A stretch of DNA of 64,000 nt, taken from NCBI GenBank assembly GCA_016191325.1, contig JACPOV010000008.1, positions 910,351 through 974,350 on the forward strand, read 5' to 3'. The position numbers and the translations under genes were made by a program. Below the pieces are notes generated by a model. The model saw only the letters and a program-made list of their open reading frames with translations, did not search any database and had not been told where the DNA came from. Positions 1-10,195 of this stretch are shown piece after piece. Positions within the stretch are counted from its first letter, which is position 1. The number at the start of each line of letters is the position of its first letter. The DNA is from Candidatus Babelota bacterium (GTDB lineage Bacteria > Babelota > Babeliae > Babelales > JACPOV01).

Positions 1-1204
1 ATTTAAAAAAACCAGAAACCTGTGGCCTAAATCCCCTGCATTCTGGAATAATGGCTTGAAAATCGTAACCAACTTTGAAGATAAGCTCATTAATTGTCCA
101 ACCTTGCAAGCTTTGGGCGCTATTTGCAATATCTTGATTAAACTCATTCGAGCACAGGCTCAAACCATCATCGTCGTGACGCCAATATTGGTACGCCGCC
201 CCAAACCAAAATCCACCGCCCAAAAGATTATAAACGTCGGCATGCACATCAAACCGCTGAGTGAAGCCGTACTCTTTAAATGCGCGCGTTTTTGCCAGCA
301 AAAGAAAATCGGTTTGATCAAAATTAACTTTTATTCGTCGTTCACGAATATTGCCAAAAAGATGAATAAATTCTGCATCGATGCCGGCGCGAATATAATT
401 CCACCAATCAACGTTGATGCCGCCCCCAAGAATAATGCCCACAGAACGATCAAATCCATACGGCATCGAAAGAATATCGTTAATATTGGTTGGCGCACCA
501 AATGGAATAGTGAGCCCCGCTCGCGCATTGAGTTGCACACTTTTCAATACGGGCCTGCCTTGATAAAATTCGCGCAGCCATTCTACAACAACTGCCGCAT
601 CTCCAATCCCAATGTGCTTCCAACCTCCGATATTAAGTGTTGGATCAAACTGACTCAGAACGAATGCGAACTGATCGGTTAAATTTTCGCGTACTGTAAT
701 ATCCGAAGCGGTAACAAAATTTGTCTGATCAATGAAAACAACATTTTTCAAATGTGTTGCGTAAAAAGGAATATGAAAACCTATCGTAAAATTATGGGGG
801 GCATGATAGCGGGCAGTCCACCCAAAAGTGCTTGCCTCATAATCTCCAGTAACCTTAAAATTTCCTCGGATACCATCGTCAACGGGAGAACCCAAAACAT
901 CGACAAAAAAATCGGTTTCCGGAGAATCTGGCCCGAAACCTTTGAGCATCGCAATCGCATCTTGGTTTGGCGTCCAAATTTGGGTTACAGGAACTTTTTT
1001 GCCCTCAGCATTATAACCGTACGCACGTAATCCAAATTCTCCCCACCCAGTAAGTTGCACATGGGTGTTGCACCATTTTGGCGGTCGCAAATTGATGTCC
1101 CACGGTCTAAATAAATTTATCGGAAACATTCCATAAGAATGGGCGCTCATAATCGCAGCAAACCCAAGAAGAATAATTTTTATACTACTTTTTTTTATCG
1201 TCAT
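1..1204 (-). CDS. Putative outer-membrane (beta-barrel-like) protein, partial; C-terminus lies outside the window
   Basis: Absent from the ORF track because it runs off the window edge. Manual minus-strand translation from the ATG at comp(1202..1204) gives MTIKKSSIKIILLGFAAIMSAHSYGMFPINLFRPWDINLRPPKWCNTHVQLTGWGEFGLRAYGYNAEGKK... The frame was open in every segment I checked (1204-961, 600-541, 60-2). It has a Sec-like leader and Gly/aromatic-rich composition. Plus-strand ORFs 56..682 and 752..1030 look like its shadows. The function is inferred. Confidence 0.6.
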   Translation of the reverse strand, partial: MTIKKSSIKIILLGFAAIMSAHSYGMFPINLFRPWDINLRPPKWCNTHVQLTGWGEFGLRAYGYNAEGKKVPVTQIWTPNQDAIAMLKGFGPDSPETDFFVDVLGSPVDDGIRGNFKVTGDYEASTFGWTARYHAPHNFTIGFHIPFYATHLKNVVFIDQTNFVTASDITVRENLTDQFAFVLSQFDPTLNIGGWKHIGIGDAAVVVEWLREFYQGRPVLKSVQLNARAGLTIPFGAPTNINDILSMPYGFDRSVGIILGGGINVDWWNYIRAGIDAEFIHLFGNIRERRIKVNFDQTDFLLLAKTRAFKEYGFTQRFDVHADVYNLLGGGFWFGAAYQYWRHDDDGLSLCSNEFNQDIANSAQSLQGWTINELIFKVGYDFQAIIPECRGFRPQVSGFFK

Positions 1205-1231
1205 TGATGCATTCCTCGCCCGCTAAAATCT

Positions 1232-3910
1232 CTATTCGCGCACATAGATACCGCCGTTTCCGCATAGCATTAATCGCCCCGTACTTGTATCAAAAACAGT
1301 ATGATCAAGCTCTGTCCAATACGGCCCGGAAGCTTGTATAAAAGTATTATTAGTTTTGTGCAACCCTAAGCGCATGCCAGGGTTTATTAATTGATGAACT
1401 TGGAAAAATGGAGCCACTCCGCGGCCGGCAGCTTTGGTCATCAAAAGATGTGATCCTTCAGCTAAAATAGAACGGCGATACTCTTTACAATTAAGAAGCA
1501 TATCCTGCTTCTCTTTGCACGAAACAATTTTCAATTCACCGTTGAGATAATAAAAACGATATACCCACGAATTGGCCTCAAGAACTGAACCAGCAAGCAC
1601 ATAGATTTGTTTTTTTTCGCTAGAACCCGCGCAATCGCCACCGCAAACAGCGTAAAGACTTATTATCGATTTATTCTGCAATGGCGCAACTGCTTGCCAA
1701 TTGCAATCGATCGCTCCCTGAACACTGCGCAGAGAAACGCCAGGAGCTGTATTAAATAAACCATGGGTGGTTGCTACAATCGCTCCGCTACTGCCAATAA
1801 TCGCATCGGTAATCGTTCCTCGCGTATATTCTTTTATTGAAAAAACTTGCGTTGATAAAAGCTCATTTTTAACAATCGCTTCATCAGACAATTCTACTCG
1901 TTCAATCCCGTTTCTCGTCATTACAAAAAGACAATCATCTCCGGAAATTAACTTTTGTATGCCTCGATGCGTACCTATTTTTTTCCACGAATACTCTTCT
2001 TTTGAACTTTCAAATAAAAAATCCTCAAATGTTGCCTGTGCAGGTATTCCCTTGCCATCCTTATCGCAAAGAATCGCAAGACCTTTAATACCGCCGGCAA
2101 CTAACCACGTTGATCCATCACTGGCAACTGATGTAACGCACGTTATTGGCCCAAGATCATCTAAAGCACTACCCTCGAAGGTATAATGCAATGGCTGACA
2201 AGTACGGCTTGTGAGCCCAAGAAAAACTTTCTTAAATCCTGTCGCTGCGATCAAACCTGCATGATCATCGTTAACCATCATTCCTGGCGTATTTTTATCA
2301 AAAAACGCAACTCCCTGAACACCACCCAAAGCAGGAGAAAAAGAATTCACCAGTTCGCGCGCCAGAGTGAAAGTTGTTTGATGTTCTTTAATCTGCTCAT
2401 TATCCACCGCAGGCATCCAGGCAGATTTATAAGGATGCAGAGCCTTTTGATTATCAACTCCCATTATTTGAAGAACGCGATGCTGATCGTTGTAAATAAA
2501 TTTGAGCGGTTGTTCTTTTGTCGGGAAGGAGCGTTTCCAAGGTGTCCACGAAGCAATGCGGCCCTGTTCATCGAAAATAGGATCGGATGCAAAAAGCCCA
2601 TGCGCATTTGCATCTGTACCTCGCACAGCTACCCATACCGAATCTCCCACCGTTTGCATATCAATTATTGATCCTGGAAGCTCTTTGCCGCCGCCGATGG
2701 AAATAGATTCAGGATCGAGTTTTGTTTGCGTAAATTTATTTCTAAACAAAAACCCCCATGCAGAGCTTGCTCCGGTTTCGTTATTTGCTAACGTTCCAAG
2801 TGCAGGATCTTCACTCCATTCTGAAAAAGATGTCGTCCACGATCGATCAACCACAGGAAAAGCAAACATCTTTTTGTTCGTTTCCTCAGGAGAACCATTA
2901 CCGCCAACGATAATTAAATAAAGAGCTCCCGTTGATGTTCTGAGAGTTTGAATTTTATGTAAACTTATTTTTTTTGAAGAACCCATTGAACTGAACGGAG
3001 TATCGCCCAATTGCGCAAGAGATTCATGCGGCGCAAATGGCTCAAGGCATAAACGATCGCCAACCAATCTGCCAACGAGCAATGCGCAGCTTCCTTGATC
3101 ATGAGTCGCATGTTTTTTTGTCGTCGATTGAACCGCAATGAAAAGGCGTCTCAGATGGTGATCCCAATGTAAAGCTACAGCATTCGGCATCAAGCTATCC
3201 AAACCACCATTAATGGAGAGGAGATTTGAATTCCCTTCTCCGTTATCGATCGGATAAGCACAGTTTCCATTACTTTTGCCGCTGTGCGCATCCAGCGGAT
3301 TAAAATAAAAGCGTTTAATGTACGGTTGCGGCTCTTCTTTGTTTGTTTTTTCGTTGCGAACCATGGTCGTGCCGATCTCGCGATCAAGCCGGAGTACCGC
3401 AATCCCACCACCAATTTCTCCAAATTGGCGGCCGTGCCCTTTTACAGCAGCAAAAAAATAATCGTGATCAATATTCTCTTGTGTTCCGGAAGCGCCAATG
3501 CTGAGCCCAAGAATACCATCGGTTGGAAGTGGCCCAGTTCCACTCGTTCCCGCATCGTTGATTCCTTCAATACTATTAATTGCTAATACTGGAGACGATG
3601 GTGCTGAAACAATGTGATAAAGTGTACTCGGTTCGTCTTTAGTAACAATGAGTGGTTGATCGACCAATAAATCAAATAAACTAACTTCTTTATCTTCTAG
3701 CGGATTATCTTTAACTTGTTGCCCGTTAATGTATACGGTTGAGGAATAACCAAATGAAACTTGAATATCACCAATCATTTTTAAAGAAGATGTTCTGCCA
3801 TCTTCCATAGCAAATGCGAGATTGCGATTGGAAAAATCAACAATTGGATCAGCGGCACCATGCAAACTCAAGGCCTGGTTTAAAATCATAAGAATAAACA
3901 GAAGCATCAT
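1232..3910 (-). CDS. Large secreted protein of unknown function (892 aa), probably beta-rich
   Basis: Long ORF with an N-terminus (MMLLFILMILNQALSLHGAADP) that resembles a cleavable signal peptide. No family recognised. It ends 27 bp upstream of the OMP-like gene on the same strand. Confidence 0.75.
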   Translation of the reverse strand: MMLLFILMILNQALSLHGAADPIVDFSNRNLAFAMEDGRTSSLKMIGDIQVSFGYSSTVYINGQQVKDNPLEDKEVSLFDLLVDQPLIVTKDEPSTLYHIVSAPSSPVLAINSIEGINDAGTSGTGPLPTDGILGLSIGASGTQENIDHDYFFAAVKGHGRQFGEIGGGIAVLRLDREIGTTMVRNEKTNKEEPQPYIKRFYFNPLDAHSGKSNGNCAYPIDNGEGNSNLLSINGGLDSLMPNAVALHWDHHLRRLFIAVQSTTKKHATHDQGSCALLVGRLVGDRLCLEPFAPHESLAQLGDTPFSSMGSSKKISLHKIQTLRTSTGALYLIIVGGNGSPEETNKKMFAFPVVDRSWTTSFSEWSEDPALGTLANNETGASSAWGFLFRNKFTQTKLDPESISIGGGKELPGSIIDMQTVGDSVWVAVRGTDANAHGLFASDPIFDEQGRIASWTPWKRSFPTKEQPLKFIYNDQHRVLQIMGVDNQKALHPYKSAWMPAVDNEQIKEHQTTFTLARELVNSFSPALGGVQGVAFFDKNTPGMMVNDDHAGLIAATGFKKVFLGLTSRTCQPLHYTFEGSALDDLGPITCVTSVASDGSTWLVAGGIKGLAILCDKDGKGIPAQATFEDFLFESSKEEYSWKKIGTHRGIQKLISGDDCLFVMTRNGIERVELSDEAIVKNELLSTQVFSIKEYTRGTITDAIIGSSGAIVATTHGLFNTAPGVSLRSVQGAIDCNWQAVAPLQNKSIISLYAVCGGDCAGSSEKKQIYVLAGSVLEANSWVYRFYYLNGELKIVSCKEKQDMLLNCKEYRRSILAEGSHLLMTKAAGRGVAPFFQVHQLINPGMRLGLHKTNNTFIQASGPYWTELDHTVFDTSTGRLMLCGNGGIYVRE

Positions 3911-4107
3911 TCACCCGTCTCCTCTATGCATGCATTTTTTTGGTTACGCACCAGTTTACGCAAAATTTTAAAAAGTACTACTGTGGCTGCTTTTAACCTT
4001 TCTTATTTTCGAGCCCCAGGTCCCTTATAAAATTGAAAAGTTTTGCCTGTTAACTTATACTTTGAACAAAAATGACGCGTTATGCTCATTAAACAACAAG
4101 GATTTAT

Positions 4108-4980
4108 ATGAATTTTTATTTAATTCGCTTTTTTGTGCTCGCATTTGTTTTTTCTTTTTCAGCTAATGCAAAAGTTGCTGATTTAAGATTTATTAAAAAT
4201 AGCCTTAACCAAGAACAAAAGGCGGTTGTAGAAAATATCGAAGCAATAAATCACAACAATTTGGCCGACAGTTTGATAAAACTCCTTGTAACGGTTCCAG
4301 AAAGGCCAGTGCAGCCGCAACTTGAACATTATAAAAAAGTTAAAACAACAGCTCGACTGAAGAATTCTGAAATCATGCTTAATTCTAACGGCGCAGGCGG
4401 TTCACACAAAGATAATTTACGGACCACTGAAGGATCTGTCTCGACCGAATACGATTATGCAGCGTATAAAAAAGATCTGGCTGCGTTCGAAGAAAAATCG
4501 GCCGTATACCAAGAGAAATATTATCTTGCTATGGATGTTTTGAGAAAGGTAAAAAGCGAAGATCTTGAGATGCTTCAAAAGATTAACGAAACTCGCCCAG
4601 ATTTAAATCTAGTGCAAAAAAAATCATCACTTGTTCAATTTTTGAAAGACGCAGCGTACACCGCTCAAGCGCGCGAACGAGAAGCAAAGGCTGAGCAAAA
4701 ATTTCAAACGACCTCTCCGCAATTGGAAAGCTGGTATCGTTTCTATACCAAATTGATAGTTGGCTGGGGAGCGCTTGCAGTGGTTGGAGTGGTTGGGGCT
4801 GTTTATGGCAACTCGCCAGAACTTAGAGGAGCGGGAGCCGCAGCTACATTGCTTGGTGCAGGCGGAGCCATTCTCACAAATTCAACATCAAATAATCACA
4901 TTCACCATTATCAAAAACGCACCGAAGATGCCAACCACAATATCGAGCTTATTAACAAATTCGAAAATCTAAAATTTTAG
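4108..4980 (+). CDS. Leader-bearing protein with coiled-coil-like middle and Gly-rich C-terminal membrane segment (paralog 1)
   Basis: Signal-like N-terminus MNFYLIRFFVLAFVFSFSANA and C-terminal LIVGWGALAVVGVVGAVYG...GAGAAATLLGAGGAIL. It aligns by eye with the next ORF (YDYAAYKKDLAAFEEKSAVYQEKY versus FDTAAYQQAYQRYQAELVIYKKL). Confidence 0.7.
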   Translation: MNFYLIRFFVLAFVFSFSANAKVADLRFIKNSLNQEQKAVVENIEAINHNNLADSLIKLLVTVPERPVQPQLEHYKKVKTTARLKNSEIMLNSNGAGGSHKDNLRTTEGSVSTEYDYAAYKKDLAAFEEKSAVYQEKYYLAMDVLRKVKSEDLEMLQKINETRPDLNLVQKKSSLVQFLKDAAYTAQAREREAKAEQKFQTTSPQLESWYRFYTKLIVGWGALAVVGVVGAVYGNSPELRGAGAAATLLGAGGAILTNSTSNNHIHHYQKRTEDANHNIELINKFENLKF

Positions 4981-5006
4981 TAAAAGTCTCGAGAATAAAG
5001 ATTTTA

Positions 5007-5032
5007 GGGGCAGCGCCAAGCTGCCCTTTTTT
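5007..5032 (+). terminator. Rho-independent terminator
   Basis: Stem GGGCAGC (5008-5014), loop GCCAA, stem GCTGCCC (5020-5026), followed by TTTTTT. Confidence 0.7.
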
Positions 5033-5125
5033 GTGCTCTTTATCCGCCAAAGCCCAACCCCCCCATCGCGCAATCTTTAAAAACCTGCTAAAATGGACTT
5101 TATCTCTTCTTTTAGCGAGGAAAAA

Positions 5126-6064
5126 ATGAAAATAAAATTGTTTTTTTTATCTCTTTTGCACATAGTAGCAACGAACGCGCAACACGCAGAAATCGATTTA
5201 CGGGATGTCTACAATTCTCTCCCTACTCAAAATCATGAGCAAGTTGTTGATGGTATCAATCAGCTCCATCCTTCCTTAATTTCTCGAGGAATTTCTGCAA
5301 TACTCGTTAATTTGCCTGCATTGCCGGTCGCTCCCAACAAAGTTGATTTTCAATTTACAGAGACTATCAACACCCAAAAATCGGATAATATGATCACGCT
5401 CTTGTGGCGCGATGCAAAAGATATAAAAATGAGCCACAAAGAAAGCTCTATGCAAAAATTTGATACAGCAGCTTACCAGCAAGCGTATCAGCGCTATCAA
5501 GCGGAGTTAGTTATCTACAAAAAACTCCTGAAACTGATCGATGCGATTCAAGCAAATATTTCTTCACTTACATTGAAAAATCTAAATGTTATTCACAAAC
5601 TAAATCAGTCGCTCGATATCGCTCGCAAAAAACTCGAAGAAGAATATTTCTTTAATAACGCTGTGCATACTGCTCGAACAAAATTAAATGAAATTACTGA
5701 TGAGCAAAAAAGCGAAACGAGCCAAGAAGGAATTGATAAATGGCAGTTTCGGTATCGCACCATTGGCCTCTTGAGCGCATTTTTAGGGCTTGCAGGTTGC
5801 TACCATGGATCAAAAACTGAAAATTGCGTTAACGGCTCGTACGATGCAGGAAAACTCGTTATTGCAATTCCGTGCGCTGCATTAAGCGCAGTAGGAATCA
5901 TCTGGGGCATTTATAATTCGCTTTATCACAACTGGTATTATCAACATCGTGTCGAAAAAGCGGTACAGAATTATACCATGATCAAAGAGTTTAATGAATT
6001 TGAATTTGATTCAGCATTTGAAAATCCGATCGCTGTTCCCATGCCTTCAAATGCAGGAATGTAA
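5126..6064 (+). CDS. Leader-bearing protein, tandem paralog 2 of 4108..4980
   Basis: The track ORF starts at 5093. I prefer the ATG at 5126, which gives the leader MKIKLFFLSLLHIVATNAQHAE. Domain order matches the upstream gene, with C-terminal hydrophobic segments (IGLLSAFLGLAGCY, LVIAIPCAALSAVGIIWGIY). Confidence 0.7.
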   Translation: MKIKLFFLSLLHIVATNAQHAEIDLRDVYNSLPTQNHEQVVDGINQLHPSLISRGISAILVNLPALPVAPNKVDFQFTETINTQKSDNMITLLWRDAKDIKMSHKESSMQKFDTAAYQQAYQRYQAELVIYKKLLKLIDAIQANISSLTLKNLNVIHKLNQSLDIARKKLEEEYFFNNAVHTARTKLNEITDEQKSETSQEGIDKWQFRYRTIGLLSAFLGLAGCYHGSKTENCVNGSYDAGKLVIAIPCAALSAVGIIWGIYNSLYHNWYYQHRVEKAVQNYTMIKEFNEFEFDSAFENPIAVPMPSNAGM

Positions 6065-6078
6065 AAAGCAAAGACTGA

Positions 6079-6552
6079 ATGAGAAATTATATTTTTCTAT
6101 CGTTGCTTGTTATTGCTTTTCAGACATTATTTTTTCCAGATGGGTATTCTTTACTAAATAATCGTGAAGCAATTGGAATAATTATTGGCCTCTTTTTCTT
6201 TTGCGCTCATTACCTTTATATAAAAAAGAAAGTTGATGCGTTTAGCGTAGAACAAAGCGAAGATTCTAGAGAGCTTTTGGAAAAGATGTTTTTTGAAAAG
6301 ACACGAGCCAGCTTTCCGTTCATATTTTCAAGCAGTTATAATGATTCTGGCAATCCTAATATTGCTTATTTTTCTCATTATTCCTCGCCCACCTTTATTG
6401 GCGCCCATTTAAAAATGCTTCTCGACCCTAACACGAAAAAGGTTATTGATAGAAAAACACAAATTATGCTTTCTTTACCAGCCTTGTGCTCGTTAGTCAT
6501 ATTCGCTTGGCTATCAATAAAACTTCTTCATTTGCTCTTTAACGCGTTCTAA
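6079..6552 (+). CDS. Small integral membrane protein, unknown function
   Basis: 157-aa ORF with three hydrophobic segments (IFLSLLVIAFQTLFF, IGIIIGLFFFCAHYLYI, LPALCSLVIFAWLSIKLL). No family recognised. Confidence 0.55.
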   Translation: MRNYIFLSLLVIAFQTLFFPDGYSLLNNREAIGIIIGLFFFCAHYLYIKKKVDAFSVEQSEDSRELLEKMFFEKTRASFPFIFSSSYNDSGNPNIAYFSHYSSPTFIGAHLKMLLDPNTKKVIDRKTQIMLSLPALCSLVIFAWLSIKLLHLLFNAF

Positions 6553-6661
6553 TAAATGCCTAATTGTCTCTAATCGAGTTTTTTATTTTGCTAAAACTGT
6601 AAATTCTGTTTACTCTAATTACAACTTTAAAGTATCTGCTGCTTAGGGAATACAAAAAAAT

Positions 6662-8197
6662 ATGCATGCAAAAATATTTTCAGCTACAACGATTGGTATT
6701 GAAGCGCATCTGGTTGAAGTAGAGGTCGATCTTTCGTACGGCATGCTCCAATTTTTTATTGTAGGCCTGCCCGATACTGCTATTAAAGAAAGTCGTCAAC
6801 GTATTGCAACTGCCATAAAAAATAGCGGTATTCGTTTGCCGGAACGAAAAATTACGGTAAATTTAGCCCCCGCCGATTTAAAAAAAGAAGGAACGCTTTT
6901 TGATCTACCGATTGCTATTGGAATTCTGGCCGCGGCGCAATTAATTAAAATTGAATCTGCATTCTTGCACGAGACTCTTATTATTGGAGAACTTTCGCTG
7001 GATGGCACGATTCGTTCCATAAAAGGTGCTTTGCCTATCGCTTTTGATGCGCAAATATTAGGAAAAAAAAGATTAGTCGTTCCAAAAGAAAATGCGCACG
7101 AAGCGGCGCTTATTAATGGCGTGGAAGTAATTGGTGTTTCAAATCTTGTAGAAATAATCTCGTTTCTCAGGGGCGAATTATCGATCCCGCCAACCAAAAC
7201 TTCTTATATTCCAAAAAATATAATTTCTGCTGATTTAGATTTTGGGCAAGTAAAAGGCCAACATCAAGCAAAACGCGCTTTGCAAATTTGTGCTGCGGGC
7301 CGGCATAATATTTTATTTATAGGCCCTCCAGGTTCCGGAAAAACGATGCTTGCAAAACGACTGCCCTCAATTATGCCTCCTTTATCGTTTCAAGAAATTT
7401 TAGAAACCACCAAAGTTTATTCGGTAAGCGGTAAATTGCAAAAACAATTGATTACCGAGCGTCCGTTTCGTAATCCGCATCATACCATTTCGCAAGCGGG
7501 GCTCGTAGGCGGCGGTTCTTTTCCGCAACCGGGCGAAATAAGTTTAACGCACAACGGCATTCTCTTTTTAGATGAACTTACCGAATTTAAACGCACAACG
7601 CTTGAAGTGCTTCGCCAACCACTAGAAAATAAATCGGTCTGCATCTCACGCGCAAATCAAAGCGTCACTTTTCCAGCATCTTTTTTACTTATTGCGGCAC
7701 TCAATCCTTGCCCGTGCGGATTTCTTGGCGATGCAAAACGGAATTGCCACTGTTCGCGCACCGCAATTGAACATTATTTAGCTAAATTATCGGGCCCGCT
7801 TTTGGATCGCATCGATTTGCAAATTAATGTGCCTTCTCTTGATTACGATACCCTCAAGAAAACTGACGCGCCAGCTCTTACTTCGGCAGAACTTTTTGCT
7901 GGCGTACAAAACGCACTCGATGCGCAAGCAAAACGATTTGGCAATCAGCATGAATTTAATAGCAACATGAATTCGCAGCAGATTGATGCATTTTGTGTTT
8001 TAACTCCCGATGCGGAGCATCTGATAAAGCAAGCTTTTGAGAAACTTCATTTAAGCATGCGCGGATATCATAAAATATTAAAAGTTGCGCGCACCATCGC
8101 AGATATTGAAAACTCTTTAATAATCGAAATGCCTCACATTCGTGAAGCGATCTTTTATCGCTCACTTGATGCAACGCTAGAAAAAATGCGCTCATGA
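6662..8197 (+). CDS. comM: Mg-chelatase-like AAA+ ATPase, YifB/ComM family
   Basis: Typical family N-terminus (AHLVEVEVDLSYGMLQFFIVGLPDTAIKESRQRI), Walker A ILFIGPPGSGKTMLAKRL, Walker B ILFLDELTEF, and the CPCGFLGD...CHC zinc-ribbon-like motif. Confidence 0.92.
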   Translation: MHAKIFSATTIGIEAHLVEVEVDLSYGMLQFFIVGLPDTAIKESRQRIATAIKNSGIRLPERKITVNLAPADLKKEGTLFDLPIAIGILAAAQLIKIESAFLHETLIIGELSLDGTIRSIKGALPIAFDAQILGKKRLVVPKENAHEAALINGVEVIGVSNLVEIISFLRGELSIPPTKTSYIPKNIISADLDFGQVKGQHQAKRALQICAAGRHNILFIGPPGSGKTMLAKRLPSIMPPLSFQEILETTKVYSVSGKLQKQLITERPFRNPHHTISQAGLVGGGSFPQPGEISLTHNGILFLDELTEFKRTTLEVLRQPLENKSVCISRANQSVTFPASFLLIAALNPCPCGFLGDAKRNCHCSRTAIEHYLAKLSGPLLDRIDLQINVPSLDYDTLKKTDAPALTSAELFAGVQNALDAQAKRFGNQHEFNSNMNSQQIDAFCVLTPDAEHLIKQAFEKLHLSMRGYHKILKVARTIADIENSLIIEMPHIREAIFYRSLDATLEKMRS

Positions 8198-8598
8198 TCC
8201 TTGGCCTTGGTATCGATTCGGCAGAAATCGAACGATTTATACATTGGCATAGGTTTACCGAGCAGCAACTGCTCAAATTTTTTAGCCAGCATGAAATCGA
8301 TTATTGTAAAGCAATCCCCGCAAAAAGTGCTGAACGATTTGCCGCCCGATTTGCAGCAAAAGAAGCGCTGTTCAAAGCGCTTTCAAATCTTATCCCCGAA
8401 AAGCCACTTTTGCTCCTGGCCGTCGCTAAAAAATCTGAAATTTACCAAGGAATTCATGGTGCGCCAATAATTCGGATCGATTGGCCCTTCTTTATATCAA
8501 CATTCTTCCCACAGCTCAAAACGGCACCAGTTGCTCATATAAGCATCACGCATACGCGCACAATCGCTACAGTTTGTATAATTTTAGAGAGTAAATAG
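8194..8598 (+). CDS. acpS: Holo-[acyl-carrier-protein] synthase (4'-phosphopantetheinyl transferase)
   Basis: MILGLGIDSAEIERF... and FAAKEALFKAL are classic AcpS motifs. The ATGA start/stop overlap with comM (8194-8197) implies translational coupling. Confidence 0.88.
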   Translation: MILGLGIDSAEIERFIHWHRFTEQQLLKFFSQHEIDYCKAIPAKSAERFAARFAAKEALFKALSNLIPEKPLLLLAVAKKSEIYQGIHGAPIIRIDWPFFISTFFPQLKTAPVAHISITHTRTIATVCIILESK

Positions 8599-8608
8599 GT
8601 TTAACCTG

Positions 8609-8636
8609 TTGACAAAGAACAAAAAAAGCGTACTAT
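8609..8636 (+). promoter_or_regulatory. Sigma70-like promoter candidate upstream of tRNA-fMet
   Basis: TTGACA (8609-8614), 16 nt spacer, TACTAT (8631-8636). The same hexamers precede ssrA at 43054-43082. It sits 70 nt upstream of the mature tRNA 5' end. Confidence 0.45.
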
Positions 8637-8706
8637 TACCAGTACAAAAGCGCATTTCAATAAGATATTGCAAATAAGCGTTTTGAAAATTGAAAAACAA
8701 GTTTGA

Positions 8707-8783
<77 letters not shown>

Positions 8784-9350
8784 ATTTATGCTCCAAAAAA
8801 GCTAATTCTGGCCCGGCCCTTTCTTAACGAATCGTCTTCTCTTCCTCAATTTTTATGTGTTCATATTTTTTTATTTCATTCGTAGGATTACGACTTTCTT
8901 TATTACTATCGCTATTAACATGATTTTTCAGCACCTTTTTGATTAAAAAAGTGCCCTCGTTTTCATTACTCTTTTTTAAGGAATCTTCTTTCTTGATAAC
9001 TATATTTATCTATTTAGCCCTGCGCCGCTTTTTTTAGATCGGCCAGAGTTTCTCGATAGCCTGATTTGTCAGCTATCAACCAATTTCACATTTGTCATTT
9101 ATTTAAAAAAGTAGCCAGTTTGACATAGTTTTTTAATTCAATTATTATGAATAGAGCATGCGTATATTGGTGTTTTCCGTTAGGCCGAGCCTTTTAACTT
9201 AAGTTTCAAATGTTGGTTATATTCTTTTCTTTAGCATTATTATTTGAGCTTTGCGCTCTTCCGATGAATAACACCCAAGATTCTATCACGAACTTGCCCT
9301 TGCCAAGTGAACTTAATTAATATCAATTATTTATTTATATGGGGTTATTT

Positions 9351-10157
9351 ATGAACTTTTTATTATTGATATGTGCATTCATCATGCATTTTTCTATTTT
9401 TTCTATGGAAAATCCAGACAACAACAATCAATCTGCCAATGATGGATCGGCGATCATCAAAAAGTTAGATGGTCACCCAGCGATCGTTGATAAGATATTT
9501 CAATATGTCCAAGCCGCACGAATCAGAGAGCTTAATGGTTTTAAAGCATTAAAACCAAAAAATGAAAATGTTCTATTTTGCGATGAAGATGAAAATCCTA
9601 TCGCGATTGATCCTGTTCTTATTTTTGGCGGAATACAAACAAGCGGAGATAAGCAGATTCTTATTGCTCCCAATAAGACTATTCCGGGATTTCGTGTAAA
9701 AACCGAAGGAACTCCCAAGAAAATAAACGCGTTGCAGCAGGAAAATTACTCTATACAATTCGAAACTAAACCATCGAGCAAAGCATCGCCACAAGCAAGG
9801 GTAATTAAAACACTGGATGATAAAAAAGAAACACTTTATTCGCCAAAATCATCAATCGTTATTAATAACAATAACCCGCTAGCAAATCTTTTTGCTCGAG
9901 TTGCTCCTGCAACTACGCAGCCAGCTGCGCGCAGTCTTTTTTCGAATGGTAAGCCAAAAAGCGTTGGTCTCAAGACATTCGGAAATGGCCGCTTCGTTTA
10001 TATGGGCAATGATCACGTATTTGATCACCTCACCCATCAAATAGCTATTCTTCCGGAAAAAACAAATCTATCATCGGTTATATATTTCACGCCGACTATT
10101 TTGGAATCGGCTCCGACGAATAAATTGGCGAATATTGAATCTGCAAAAAAAGCATAA
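9351..10157 (+). CDS. Leader-bearing hypothetical protein (leader class ...S-M-E)
   Basis: The track ORF starts at 9339. The ATG at 9351 gives MNFLLLICAFIMHFSIFS|MENPDNNNQ. No family recognised. Confidence 0.65.
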   Translation: MNFLLLICAFIMHFSIFSMENPDNNNQSANDGSAIIKKLDGHPAIVDKIFQYVQAARIRELNGFKALKPKNENVLFCDEDENPIAIDPVLIFGGIQTSGDKQILIAPNKTIPGFRVKTEGTPKKINALQQENYSIQFETKPSSKASPQARVIKTLDDKKETLYSPKSSIVINNNNPLANLFARVAPATTQPAARSLFSNGKPKSVGLKTFGNGRFVYMGNDHVFDHLTHQIAILPEKTNLSSVIYFTPTILESAPTNKLANIESAKKA

Positions 10158-10195
10158 AAAAAATTAAATCTTTGTTTTGAAACTACAGGATTATT

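Noticed and set aside
56-1030. Plus-strand ORFs 56..682 (208 aa) and 752..1030 (92 aa), and minus-strand ORF 331..540
   Set aside because: They lie opposite or out of frame to a longer minus-strand reading frame (1..1204). That frame has a convincing signal peptide and start context. The translations of these ORFs are low-complexity and show no motifs, so I treated them as shadow ORFs.
1767-3586. Series of ORFs inside 1232..3910: plus-strand 1767..2186, 2186..2671, 2502..2921 and 3284..3586, and minus-strand out-of-frame 3190..3423
   Set aside because: All are contained within the 892-aa minus-strand ORF, on the opposite strand or out of frame. They have no start context or recognisable motifs, as is typical of shadow ORFs.
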